A DNA stretch of 64,000 bases, from assembly GCA_903843285.1 (NCBI GenBank), contig CAIMPC010000068.1, positions 1,200-65,199 of the forward strand. Reading direction: 5' to 3'. Of this stretch, positions 1 to 8,799 are shown piece after piece (the first letter of the stretch is position 1; every line of letters starts with the position of its first letter). Below the pieces are notes generated by a model, which was given only the letters and a program-made list of their open reading frames with translations, ran no database searches and was not told where the DNA came from. The DNA comes from Candidatus Omnitrophota bacterium. GTDB lineage: Bacteria > Omnitrophota > Gorgyraeia > 2-01-FULL-45-10. Both the position numbers and the translations under genes were made by a program.

Positions 1-1204
1 GATTGAGAAAACATTAAAGGATGCCATAGGGTCTTTTCCCGCTGTTTTTATCGGTGGACCGAGAAGGTCGGGGAAAACGACTTTATCAAAGGCGTTTCTC
101 AAGGGGTATAATTATGTGCTTCTTGATGAGATAGATATACGTTCACTGGCTATTGAGGACCCTCGTGGCTTTCTGGAAAAATATCCACCCCCTATTATTA
201 TTGACGAGATTCAAAACGCCCCTACCCTCTTATCGCATATCAAAGCTCGTATTGAACATAATAAGAAGCCGGGTCAGTGGATTCTCACCGGTTCTCAGCA
301 GTGGGCCCTAGTGAAAGGTATTAGTGAAACCTTGGCTGGTCGTATTGCTATTTTACATTTGTTTCCATTTTCTCTGGAAGAAGTACAAAAGATCGGGCGG
401 TTTCATTTGAGTTCAGCAGATGAATTTATAAAGGATCTTCTACAATCTAAAAAACTTCCGGATAAGTTTGTGCCGGTTGGAAAGTGGATTTTAGGGGGAG
501 GATACCCGGAGGTTGTGCTTAATAGGAGAATGTCTCGTAAACTATGGTTTTCCAGTTATCTGCAGACCTATGTGGATCGCGATGTCCGCGGGTATATCAA
601 ACAGTCAAACCTTCACGACTTTGAGAGATTTGTAAAGCTTTTGGCTTCGCGTACAGCTCAGGAGCTGAATTGTTCGACGCTTTCACGAGATATCGGCGTT
701 TCGGTTCCTACTATAAAATCATGGCTCACTCTTTTGGAGGCAAGCGGCCTCATATTTTTCCTAATGCCTTATCATAACAATTTCGGTAAACGACTTATTA
801 AAGCGCCAAAATGTTATTTTATCGATACAGGGCTTGTTTCATATCTTGTCGGGCTTCAGGATGAAGACCATGCGCTTGAAGGACCTATGGCAGGTGCACT
901 CTTTGAGACGGCATGCGTCTCCCAGTTTTATAAACGCTTTTCCGCTTTTGCCGACCCTTGCTCACTTTATTATTATCGTAGTACTGATGGGTTAGAAATA
1001 GATCTATTGATTGAGACCGGCAAAATGATCTATCCTGTTGAAATAAAATTGTCTTCCACAATTAATTATGGTCGTGTTAGTTCTTTAATAAAATGGCTGG
1101 AAATCTCACGCATCAAAGATGCTCGAGGATTGGTAATTTCCACTTCCAAAGAACTAGGGATCATGGGAAAGAATGTGATAAATTGTCACTACTCTTTGAT
1201 TTAG
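1..1204 (+). CDS. AAA+ ATPase, DUF4143 family; 5'-partial because the reading frame is open from base 2
   Basis: The frame continues upstream of the track ORF to the window edge. A Walker A motif GGPRRSGKTTL is encoded at about 40-75. Overall length and the C-terminal DUF4143-like region fit the ATP-binding protein family often found in mobile or defence islands. Confidence 0.65.
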   Translation, partial: IEKTLKDAIGSFPAVFIGGPRRSGKTTLSKAFLKGYNYVLLDEIDIRSLAIEDPRGFLEKYPPPIIIDEIQNAPTLLSHIKARIEHNKKPGQWILTGSQQWALVKGISETLAGRIAILHLFPFSLEEVQKIGRFHLSSADEFIKDLLQSKKLPDKFVPVGKWILGGGYPEVVLNRRMSRKLWFSSYLQTYVDRDVRGYIKQSNLHDFERFVKLLASRTAQELNCSTLSRDIGVSVPTIKSWLTLLEASGLIFFLMPYHNNFGKRLIKAPKCYFIDTGLVSYLVGLQDEDHALEGPMAGALFETACVSQFYKRFSAFADPCSLYYYRSTDGLEIDLLIETGKMIYPVEIKLSSTINYGRVSSLIKWLEISRIKDARGLVISTSKELGIMGKNVINCHYSLI

Positions 1205-1222
1205 AATGGGCTGCAGCAATTC

Positions 1223-3649
1223 ATGGATACATCGAGCGAAATCAAGTTTCTTAAAGCAAAGGTCGCATTATTAGAGACAGAGAAAAAGCACCTCATTCAG
1301 AAATTAGCTGATTTAGAAGAGAAAAAATCCGAAGCACCTCATAATATATTATCCTCACGCATTAACAATCCTATAGTAGTTTCCGCAGAAAGCAGCTCCG
1401 ATTTTACCATCGAACAAAAAATACAGTTATTAAGGAATGCCTTCCGCGGCCGCGAAGATGTTTATGCCAAGTCGTGGGTTAATAACCGGACAGGTAAGCG
1501 CGGATACAGCCCAGTCTGTAAAAACGAATGGGTTCGGTCTTTTTGTCGTAAACCCGCCGTTAGGTGTTCCGAGTGCCCCAATCAGCAGTTTCTGCCTTTT
1601 GATGATATTGCTATTCGCCAGCACTTGGATGGTCGGCAAGTTATTGGTGTTTATCCTATGCTCAAGAACGAGAGCTGTTATTTTTTAGCTATAGATTTTG
1701 ATAAAGAAAACTGGCTTGAGGATATCCGGGCGATTATGACAACTTGTCGTGGAGAAGGGATCCCTGCGGCCGTAGAGCGGTCGCGCTCGGGAAGCGGTGG
1801 GCATGCCTGGATTTTCTTCAGCGAAGAAGTGCCGGCGATTTTAGCGCGTAAGCTCGGAAGCTCTTTAATTACCAAGACCATGGCTCGGCGATATCAGATA
1901 GATATGAAAAGCTATGATCGGATATTTCCTAATCAGGACACAATGCCCAAGGGTGGGTATGGAAACTTGATTGCACTTCCATTCCAGAAAGAAGCATCGC
2001 AGATAGGAAACAGTGTTTTTATTAATGATCATGGAGTGCCTTATCCTGACCAGTGGGCGTTTTTATCATCTGTTGGCAAAATGTCTTATCGAGATGTCGA
2101 GGCAGTCGTGGATGATGCTTCAAAGACCGGACAGATCATCGCGGTGCGGCAGAGCCCTATCGAGGAGAACGACGAGCCATGGATGCGCTTACCTTCTGGT
2201 AAACGTCGTTTCAAAGTTGATATCAGTGAATTACCGGAGGCACTGGATGCTGTTCTTGCGAACCGGCTATATATCAAGATAGGGGAAGGACCCTCTGTTT
2301 TGGTCAATCAGCTTAAGCATTTGGCCGCATTCCAGAATCCTGAGTTTTACAGAAAGCAAAAAATGCGGTTTTCGACGCATGCTACGCCGAGGATTATTTG
2401 TTGTGCGGAGATTATTGATGGATATCTGTCTTTGCCGCGAGGGTGTCTGGATGATGTTAAAGCTTTGCTTGATGAGTATGGTGTGCGGTTGAATATTGAT
2501 GATAAACGTTTTGTTGGCCGTGAGGCAAATTTTGTTTTCAATGGTGTGCTTACGATTGAACAGGAGGGGGCATTAAAGGAAATACTGGATTCTGACTTTG
2601 GCGTGTTTGTCGCTCCTCCGGGTATGGGAAAGACAGTTTTGGCGCTTGCCGCAGTGGCCAAGCGAAAGACTAATACATTAATTCTTGTCCACCGCAAACC
2701 TCTGATGGATCAATGGCGTTTACAGGCATCTTCACTTTTTGATATCAATAAGAAGGAGGTCGGTCAAATTGGTGGTGGGAAGAATAGGTCGAATGGTGTT
2801 ATTGATGTCGCCATGGTTCAGAGCATGGATTTGACGAATGGCGTAGACGATCGCATTATGGATTATGGCTTCGTTATCATTGATGAATGTCATCATGTCG
2901 GTGCAGTGTCATTTGAGAAGGTTTTGGCGCAAGTTAAAGCGAGATATGTGTTGGGTTTAACCGCGACACCATACCGCCGTGATGGTCACCAGCCGATTAT
3001 TCATATGCAGTGCGGGCCCATTTGTCATCAGATTAAGCAAAAAGATTTTTCCGCGCATATTTCGAGTTCGCAGGTTATTACGCGACCAACAGAGTTTGAT
3101 TATCCCTGGAGTGACGATTCAAGAATATCTGATCTGTGGAGTCAATTGCTCAAAGACAGCCAGCGTAACGATAAAATTGTTGATGATATTCTTGCTAATG
3201 TAGATGAAGGACGGTTTCCGTTGATTTTAACGGAGCGTCGGGAGCATCTGGAGATTCTCGCGGAGCGCCTACAGGACAAGATTGATTTTCTCGCCATTTT
3301 GTATGGAGGTATGGGGCGTAAGGATCAGCGAGAAATCTTTGACCAAATTAAAAAGAGTGCCGAGGGTTCGCGGCGTGCTATTTTAGCCACAGGATCGTAT
3401 ATTGGCGAAGGTTTTGACGAACCGCGTCTGGACACGCTTTTTCTGACGATGCCCAGCTCGTTCAAAGGTAAGATTGTTCAATATACAGGGCGTTTGCACA
3501 GGTATCATCATGATAAGCATGATATTAGGATTTATGACTACGTTGATTCCCGATTGCCGATTTTGGAAAGGATGTTTAAGCGCCGTTCGAAGACGTATAA
3601 ATTATTGGGGTATGAGATTAGAGATCACCTGAGGGTTAATGATCAATGA
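1223..3649 (+). CDS. Fusion protein: N-terminal coiled-coil, Zn-knuckle, PrimPol (archaeo-eukaryotic primase) domain, C-terminal SF2 DEAH-like helicase
   Basis: The Zn-knuckle reads C-x7-C-x7-C-x2-C (CKNEWVRSFCRKPAVRCSECPNQ). AEP motif I is FLAIDFD (DxD) and motif II is SGSGGHAWIFF. Helicase motif I is PPGMGKT, motif II is IIDECHH, motif III is GLTATP, and a C-terminal RecA-like domain follows. The gene begins 18 nt after the upstream ATPase. Confidence 0.65.
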   Translation: MDTSSEIKFLKAKVALLETEKKHLIQKLADLEEKKSEAPHNILSSRINNPIVVSAESSSDFTIEQKIQLLRNAFRGREDVYAKSWVNNRTGKRGYSPVCKNEWVRSFCRKPAVRCSECPNQQFLPFDDIAIRQHLDGRQVIGVYPMLKNESCYFLAIDFDKENWLEDIRAIMTTCRGEGIPAAVERSRSGSGGHAWIFFSEEVPAILARKLGSSLITKTMARRYQIDMKSYDRIFPNQDTMPKGGYGNLIALPFQKEASQIGNSVFINDHGVPYPDQWAFLSSVGKMSYRDVEAVVDDASKTGQIIAVRQSPIEENDEPWMRLPSGKRRFKVDISELPEALDAVLANRLYIKIGEGPSVLVNQLKHLAAFQNPEFYRKQKMRFSTHATPRIICCAEIIDGYLSLPRGCLDDVKALLDEYGVRLNIDDKRFVGREANFVFNGVLTIEQEGALKEILDSDFGVFVAPPGMGKTVLALAAVAKRKTNTLILVHRKPLMDQWRLQASSLFDINKKEVGQIGGGKNRSNGVIDVAMVQSMDLTNGVDDRIMDYGFVIIDECHHVGAVSFEKVLAQVKARYVLGLTATPYRRDGHQPIIHMQCGPICHQIKQKDFSAHISSSQVITRPTEFDYPWSDDSRISDLWSQLLKDSQRNDKIVDDILANVDEGRFPLILTERREHLEILAERLQDKIDFLAILYGGMGRKDQREIFDQIKKSAEGSRRAILATGSYIGEGFDEPRLDTLFLTMPSSFKGKIVQYTGRLHRYHHDKHDIRIYDYVDSRLPILERMFKRRSKTYKLLGYEIRDHLRVNDQ

Positions 3650-3733
3650 GCTTAGGACTTGGTTTACCAAAACTCCTGTAACAGCCCAGTAATATAACAA
3701 CCTTTGCCATTGAGGAAACCGTTGCCGATCGAG

Positions 3734-3777
3734 AAGCTGGAAGTGAAAATAGTTAAGTGGGAAGAGCGAAGACATGA
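3734..3777 (+). promoter_or_regulatory. Purine-rich 44-nt leader motif, copy 1 (AAGCTGGAAGTGAAAATAGTTAAGTGGGAAGAGCGAAGACATGA), upstream of the membrane-protein gene
   Basis: It matches 38 of 44 positions of a second copy at 4578-4621. It lies 4 nt before the ATG at 3782. It contains several GGA/GAAG motifs. Confidence 0.4.
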
Positions 3778-3781
3778 TAAT

Positions 3782-4579
3782 ATGGCTACTATGAATACAA
3801 GGATAAAAAATAGAGTTCCGCATATCATTTTCCTATATTGGATTATTAAGATAGTAGCAACAACTTTAGGGGAAACCGGAGCAGATATGTTTTCCATGAC
3901 CCTTAATTTAGGTTATTGGGTTACAATTGCAATATTCATGAGCATATTTCTCATATTGCTTGTGATTAAACTTTCCTTGAAAGGCTATCACCCATTAGTT
4001 TATTGGCTAACTTTTATCGCATCGGCCATAGCAGGTACCGCAATATCCGATTTCATAGATCGTACATTAGGGCTTGGTTATGCGGCAGGATCCGTTATTT
4101 TGATAGCGATCTTATTGGTAGTTCTGGCGGCTTGGTACAAAAAAGAAAAATCAATAAGCGTAGAATATATTACTACACCTATAGCTGAAATTTTTTATTG
4201 GGTAGCTTTTTTAATTGCAAACACACTAGGAACAGCAGCGGGAGACTTTTTTGCTGATAATATGGGGCTTGGTTTTATGAACAGTGCAATTTTGATATCC
4301 GTAGTACTCATTACTGTAGCTTTATTGCACTTCTTTACAAAGATTTCCAATATACTACTATTCTGGGTGGCATTTGTTTTGACAAGGCCATTTGGCGCTA
4401 CATTCGGTGATTTTCTTACCAAAACCAGCACAAAAGGAGGGGTTAACTTCGGCACAGTTGCTTCTTCGATAGTTATTTGTGTGATTTTTGTTATTGTAAT
4501 TCACATAGAAACTAACCTAGAAAAGAAGAGGTGGGCGATTGACCCTCCCCACCTTGATAAAGATGATGCCGCTCTCTAA
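3782..4579 (+). CDS. Integral membrane protein with four tandem ~35-aa repeats (G-x-x-G-x-D-F ... LGLGY followed by a TM helix), DUF347/COG4705-like
   Basis: The repeats are GETGADMFSMTLNLGY, GTAISDFIDRTLGLGY, GTAAGDFFADNMGLGF and GATFGDFLTKTS, each followed by a hydrophobic helix. The track ORF starts at 3704; I chose the ATG at 3782 because the leader motif sits just upstream. Confidence 0.45.
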   Translation: MATMNTRIKNRVPHIIFLYWIIKIVATTLGETGADMFSMTLNLGYWVTIAIFMSIFLILLVIKLSLKGYHPLVYWLTFIASAIAGTAISDFIDRTLGLGYAAGSVILIAILLVVLAAWYKKEKSISVEYITTPIAEIFYWVAFLIANTLGTAAGDFFADNMGLGFMNSAILISVVLITVALLHFFTKISNILLFWVAFVLTRPFGATFGDFLTKTSTKGGVNFGTVASSIVICVIFVIVIHIETNLEKKRWAIDPPHLDKDDAAL

Positions 4580-4621
4580 GCTGGAAGCGGAAATAGTTAA
4601 GCGTGAAGAGTGAAGACACGA
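4578..4621 (+). promoter_or_regulatory. Purine-rich 44-nt leader motif, copy 2, followed by a 7-codon uORF (MNTTDEL, 4627-4650) whose stop overlaps the rluB-like start (ATGA)
   Basis: The sequence AAGCTGGAAGCGGAAATAGTTAAGCGTGAAGAGTGAAGACACGA starts at the stop codon of the upstream gene. Twenty-five nt later comes atgaacactaccgatgagttaTGA, which overlaps the ATG at 4647. Confidence 0.4.
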
Positions 4622-4646
4622 CCCTTATGAACACTACCGATGAGTT

Positions 4647-5363
4647 ATGATAAAAAACTCGAATAAGTTTGCCTTAGAACGTGCCTTGTCGAAGCTGGGC
4701 ACGGCTTCCCGCAGTCAGACCCGGGCATGGATCCTGGAGGGACGGCTGAGTGTTAACGGGAAGGTGGTTAAAGACCCCTTTCGCATGATTACCCCGGGCA
4801 AAGACAAGATTGCTTTAGATGGGGAAGAAGTGCAGAAGAAGGGCTGGAAAACGATCCTGTTATATAAGCCGAGATCCGTCGTGACGACCAGGTTCGACGA
4901 ACATGGCCGCAACACCGTCTTCGATCTCTTACCCAAAGAATTGAAATCTCTTCATCCTGTGGGCCGTCTGGACATGGCGACGACCGGACTATTGCTACTG
5001 ACCAACGATACGAGTCTATCTGCTTATTTGACCGACCCTGCCAATGCCATTAAGCGCACCTATGTAGTCTCCGTTAATGGTAAGGTTACGCCCGAGGAAA
5101 TCCAGAAGCTCGTCCGGGGCATTTACGACAGGGGCGAATTTTTAAAGCCGTTAAAAATAATCCTGCGCAAAGCCAGTAATAAAGAGTCTCATCTGATCGT
5201 GGAGTTAACCGAGGGAAAAAATCGGGAGATTCGCAGGATATTCGAATCTATAGGCCGCGAGGTAACGAGCCTTAGGCGCATTGCCTTCGGTCCTATGAAG
5301 CTGGGAGAGATGCAGCCCGGGCAGTTTCGTTACCTGAGTCCCGAAGAGATCAAAATCACTTAA
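4647..5363 (+). CDS. Pseudouridine synthase, RsuA/RluB/RluE family (S4 domain plus catalytic domain)
   Basis: N-terminal S4-like RNA-binding region. The catalytic motif HPVGRLDMATTGLLLLTNDT carries the conserved Asp. Length is 238 aa. Confidence 0.8.
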   Translation: MIKNSNKFALERALSKLGTASRSQTRAWILEGRLSVNGKVVKDPFRMITPGKDKIALDGEEVQKKGWKTILLYKPRSVVTTRFDEHGRNTVFDLLPKELKSLHPVGRLDMATTGLLLLTNDTSLSAYLTDPANAIKRTYVVSVNGKVTPEEIQKLVRGIYDRGEFLKPLKIILRKASNKESHLIVELTEGKNREIRRIFESIGREVTSLRRIAFGPMKLGEMQPGQFRYLSPEEIKIT

Positions 5364-6075
5364 CTCGCAACACCCCCAGATGCTTCCGTATGAACTTTAA
5401 GATGCACCATTCAAGCTTGCGTTCACGAGCTACTTTTTGGAAGGCTTCCAGGACGGGATGCGGGTGTTCGGCAGAAGCCTCTGTGCCCAAGTTTATTTTA
5501 GGATCGACGTCGTGTACCAATATGAATCCGCCATTTTTCATCATTGGCAGTCCATTTTCGATATCAGCCAGCGCGGCTTCATATGTATGCGCGGCATCGA
5601 CAAGATAAATATCAACTTCCCCGGCCAATCTCCTGGCAATATTAGGAAGCTCTGCCAGCGAATCGGCGCAGATAAGCTCTATCGAATCTCCTCCGAGGCC
5701 TGTCGCTATGATATTCTTTCGCGCAACATCGGGAAAACTACATGGCACGCCCAGGCCGCCATCGACGCATACCAACCTGCCCTTACCGTTTTCAAAGAGC
5801 CCTCTGGCTGTACCCACAGCACTGCCGCCGGCATTCGTTCCAACCTCTACGACGATATCGGGACGGTAAAATCGCACTAATGCGTGCATCCATCTGCCGT
5901 ATCTGGGGTGATCCTTACCTCTGCCGGATACTTCCGGAGCCGCCCCACGAAAGCCGGGGAGAGGGTCGTCCGGCAATGAAAGAAATAGCCGGAAGAGCTC
6001 CTCATCTAATTTTAGAGGCCCTGTGATCCTGGCACGCATAGTAGATGCCAGTATGACATTTTCGAGAATATTCAT
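5356..6075 (-). CDS. Class I SAM-dependent methyltransferase, CmcI/Methyltransf_24-like
   Basis: Motifs VEVGTNAGGSAV (SAM-binding loop) and IYLVDAAHTYEAALADIENGLPMMKNGGFILVHD. The longest ORF extends to 6117; the ATG at 6075 (MNILENV) is more plausible. It is one of three paralogs in the window, with 42165-42857 and 45018-45776. Confidence 0.6.
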   Translation of the reverse strand: MNILENVILASTMRARITGPLKLDEELFRLFLSLPDDPLPGFRGAAPEVSGRGKDHPRYGRWMHALVRFYRPDIVVEVGTNAGGSAVGTARGLFENGKGRLVCVDGGLGVPCSFPDVARKNIIATGLGGDSIELICADSLAELPNIARRLAGEVDIYLVDAAHTYEAALADIENGLPMMKNGGFILVHDVDPKINLGTEASAEHPHPVLEAFQKVARERKLEWCILKFIRKHLGVLRVK

Positions 6076-6255
6076 ATTATTTGTATTATATATTATGAAG
6101 GCGTAATATGGAACCATATAATTATCGCCGAATTACCGCAGTGTGATACAATTAGTTACGGACAGACGTTCATAACGATCTGAATCTGTATTGGGCCATA
6201 AGGAGATCGGGCAGATGAGGAGCTTTCTCCGGAAGGGAGGATTTAACCCCGAACC

Positions 6256-7206
6256 ATGATAAAACTCATAATCGATTGGTTGGTATACGATATTCTTAAG
6301 ATGCGGCAAGGGGCACTCCTTACCGAAGCCCTAAACTTTTTTCTATATGACACGATAAAGATATTTCTATTATTATCCATCATCATCTTCATCGTCGCTA
6401 TCATAAGGACTTTCTTTTCACCCGAGAAAACCCGGTCGATCCTAAGCCATAAGCAGGGCTATTTGGGCAACGTGCTTGCGGCTTTACTGGGGATCGTAAC
6501 GCCTTTTTGTTCATGCAGCGCTGTTCCGTTATTTCTGGGATTTGTAGAGGCAGGTGTCCCGCTGGGAGTTACGTTCTCATTTTTAGTGGCGTCACCCATG
6601 ATTAATGAAGTGGCGCTGATCATGCTATGGGGACTTTTCGGATGGAAAATATCCCTTATCTATATCGGCAGTGGGCTTGTCATAGCTATATTTTCCGGGT
6701 TGGTCATCGGAAGGCTTAAGGTTGAGGATCTGGTCGAGCACTTCGCAATTAAAAAACAGACGTGTTGCGCCCAGTCGACAGGCATGACGTTTAAGGATAG
6801 GATCGATTATGCCAAAGGATATACAAAGGATATCTTAAAAGGCATATGGCTATTTGTAATTATCGGCATAGGATTAGGGGCGTGGATCCATGGTTATGTG
6901 CCGGCTGATTTTCTTGCAAAATATGCGGGCCGAGGAAATTGGTTTGCCGTGCCCCTGGCAACCCTGATCGGTATTCCTCTTTATTCTAACGCGGCCGGCG
7001 TCATCCCTCTGGTCAGCGCGTTGACCGAGAAAGGCGTGGCTATGGGGACGGCCCTTTCGTTCATGATGGCGGTAACCGCGCTTTCACTGCCCGAGTTCAT
7101 AATACTTCGAAAAGCTATGAAGATGAAACTGCTTATAATCTTTGCTTCGGTAGTGGGCGTCGGCATTATATTTATGGGGTATATGTTCAATCTCATTCTG
7201 AAATAA
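6256..7206 (+). CDS. Predicted permease (COG0701/DUF318 family) with a CSC motif
   Basis: Multi-TM protein carrying TPFCSCSAVPLFLGFVEAGVPLG. This family is classically paired with the small thioredoxin-like 'redox-active disulfide protein 2' encoded immediately downstream. Confidence 0.65.
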   Translation: MIKLIIDWLVYDILKMRQGALLTEALNFFLYDTIKIFLLLSIIIFIVAIIRTFFSPEKTRSILSHKQGYLGNVLAALLGIVTPFCSCSAVPLFLGFVEAGVPLGVTFSFLVASPMINEVALIMLWGLFGWKISLIYIGSGLVIAIFSGLVIGRLKVEDLVEHFAIKKQTCCAQSTGMTFKDRIDYAKGYTKDILKGIWLFVIIGIGLGAWIHGYVPADFLAKYAGRGNWFAVPLATLIGIPLYSNAAGVIPLVSALTEKGVAMGTALSFMMAVTALSLPEFIILRKAMKMKLLIIFASVVGVGIIFMGYMFNLILK

Positions 7207-7215
7207 GGAAAAATA

Positions 7216-7449
7216 ATGAAGATAGAAATATTAGGCGTAGGTTGCCCGAAATGCAAACAGCTTGCCGTGAATGTAGACGCGGCCGTAAGAGAGCTTAATC
7301 TCTCAGTAGAGATAGTTAAGGTGACGGATATTATGAAAATTACAGAATATGGTGTGATGATGACGCCTGCGCTTGCGATCGATGGCGCTATTATATCGTC
7401 CGGTAAGGCATTAAGTAAAGACGATATAAAGAAGATCCTATCCAGATAA
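7216..7449 (+). CDS. Thioredoxin-family small protein (redox-active disulfide protein 2 type), CPKC active site
   Basis: A 77-aa protein beginning MKIEILGVGCPKCKQL. It lies 10 nt after the permease. Confidence 0.75.
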   Translation: MKIEILGVGCPKCKQLAVNVDAAVRELNLSVEIVKVTDIMKITEYGVMMTPALAIDGAIISSGKALSKDDIKKILSR

Positions 7450-7460
7450 TAGGGGGAAGA

Positions 7461-7898
7461 TTGAAAAAAATATTTTCAACCCTTTTGGCAGTCACTATGC
7501 TTATCAGCGGTAGCGTGATCCTTCTCTCGAACGCCCGGGCCGCGGATGGCGATAGAGACAGTCACGTCGTTGCCTATTATTTTCATGGCTCTTTTCGCTG
7601 TCCGACATGCCATAAGCTGGAGCAGTATTCAAAGGAAGCTATAGAGACCAACTTTAAGGATGAGCTTTCTTCCGGAAAATTGGAGCTGAAGGCAGTAAAT
7701 GTCGAGGAGGGCCGTAATGAGCATTATACGAGCGATTACCAACTCTATACCAAATCGCTTATTTTGTCATTGATCAGGGATGGCAAGGAGACAAAATATA
7801 AGAACCTGGACAAGATCTGGGAGTATGTGCACAATAAACAAAGATTTCTGGATTACGTTAAGGCAGAGGTCGCTGATTTCCTGAAGGAAGCAAGATGA
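7461..7898 (+). CDS. Secreted thioredoxin-fold protein with a CPTC motif
   Basis: It has a signal peptide and the motif FHGSFRCPTCHKLEQ. Its 3' end overlaps the start of the CcdA-like gene. Confidence 0.4.
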   Translation: MKKIFSTLLAVTMLISGSVILLSNARAADGDRDSHVVAYYFHGSFRCPTCHKLEQYSKEAIETNFKDELSSGKLELKAVNVEEGRNEHYTSDYQLYTKSLILSLIRDGKETKYKNLDKIWEYVHNKQRFLDYVKAEVADFLKEAR

Positions 7899-8587
7899 TG
7901 GAAATGATTATAGTCTTTGCGTCAGCGTTATGGCTCGGTATATTAACTTCAATAAGCCCATGTCCATTGGCCGCCAATGTGGCCGCCATCTCTTTTTTAT
8001 CTAAAAGAGTAACTCATCCGGCCCTTGTATTCATTTCAGGATTGGCTTATACGCTGGGGAGGATGGTTTCATATTGCGTTCTGGGATGGATAATTATAAA
8101 CTCTCTTTTAAGCGTTCCCCAGACGGCCCAGTTCCTGCAGAAATACATGGGTAAGGCTTTAGGGCCCATACTTATCATTACGGGACTTATACTGCTCGAA
8201 ATGATCACTATTTGCATTCCAGGGTTTTCGCTTTCACAAAAACATGGCAATAAGCTTGTGGAATCCGGCGCGTTCGGAGCTTTTCTGCTCGGAATGATTT
8301 TTGCACTCGCATTCTGTCCGATCTCCGCGGCATTATTTTTCGGAAGCCTGATTCCCCTGGCGCTTAAAAGCAAGCTCAGCGTTTTATTACCGATTCTTTA
8401 TGGTGTAGGAACGGGGCTACCCGTCCTTTTGTTTGCTTTCGGTATAGCCGTGGGTATTACGTCGCTGAGTCGCTGGTTTCATCAGATCTCCAGGATTGAA
8501 TACTACACACGGAGAATCACCGGGGCCGTATTTGTGGCAGTGGGGCTGTATTATACAGGGGTATATATTTTTAGATTATTTTATTAG
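7895..8587 (+). CDS. CcdA/DsbD-like transmembrane thiol-disulfide transporter
   Basis: Six TM helices. SISPCPLAANVAAISFL is in the first TM (SPC-P-L, as in CcdA) and FCPISAALFFG is in a later TM. Confidence 0.5.
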   Translation: MMEMIIVFASALWLGILTSISPCPLAANVAAISFLSKRVTHPALVFISGLAYTLGRMVSYCVLGWIIINSLLSVPQTAQFLQKYMGKALGPILIITGLILLEMITICIPGFSLSQKHGNKLVESGAFGAFLLGMIFALAFCPISAALFFGSLIPLALKSKLSVLLPILYGVGTGLPVLLFAFGIAVGITSLSRWFHQISRIEYYTRRITGAVFVAVGLYYTGVYIFRLFY

Positions 8588-8598
8588 GATATAATTAT

Positions 8599-8627
8599 TG
8601 ATTAGTTGTTTTCGACGTGGTATAAAT
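8599..8627 (+). promoter_or_regulatory. Sigma70-like promoter: TTGATT, 17-nt spacer, TATAAA
   Basis: The sequence ttgattagttgttttcgacgtggtataaat lies 16 nt upstream of an AAAAGGAGA RBS and the ATG at 8644. Confidence 0.5.
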
Positions 8628-8643
8628 TCATAAAAGGAGATGT

Positions 8644-8778
8644 ATGGAAAATAGCAAGAAGAGCAATAAGGGTGAAACCAAAATAAACAAAAGTGATATT
8701 ATAGCGAGCAGGAAGACGTGCTCGGCAGATGGCACCGGCTTATCGCATTACGTTCTGATGGATAAGAAGACCAAGTAA
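8644..8778 (+). CDS. Small ORF of 44 aa (MENSKKSNKGETKINKSDIIASRKTCSADGTGLSHYVLMDKKTK); candidate precursor or substrate peptide for the downstream radical SAM/SPASM enzyme
   Basis: It has its own promoter and a strong RBS (AAAAGGAGAtgtATG). It ends 21 nt before the rSAM gene. It is too short to appear in the 60-aa ORF track. Confidence 0.35.
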   Translation: MENSKKSNKGETKINKSDIIASRKTCSADGTGLSHYVLMDKKTK

Positions 8779-8799
8779 GAGTCATCGCGATAATCCCAT

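Noticed and set aside
1430-3203. Several 60-116 aa ORFs on both strands inside the PrimPol-helicase gene (1430-1639-, 1437-1688+, 1678-1881-, 2013-2282+, 2086-2307-, 2347-2697-, 2979-3203+)
   Set aside because: They are fully nested in or antisense to a long ORF with clear PrimPol and helicase motifs. They have no RBS or motif support and are typical shadow ORFs.
5390-6026. Plus-strand ORFs 5390-5608, 5437-5880 and 5742-6026 opposite the minus-strand methyltransferase
   Set aside because: The minus-strand frame has clear class I MTase motifs. The plus-strand ORFs are antisense shadows without start context.
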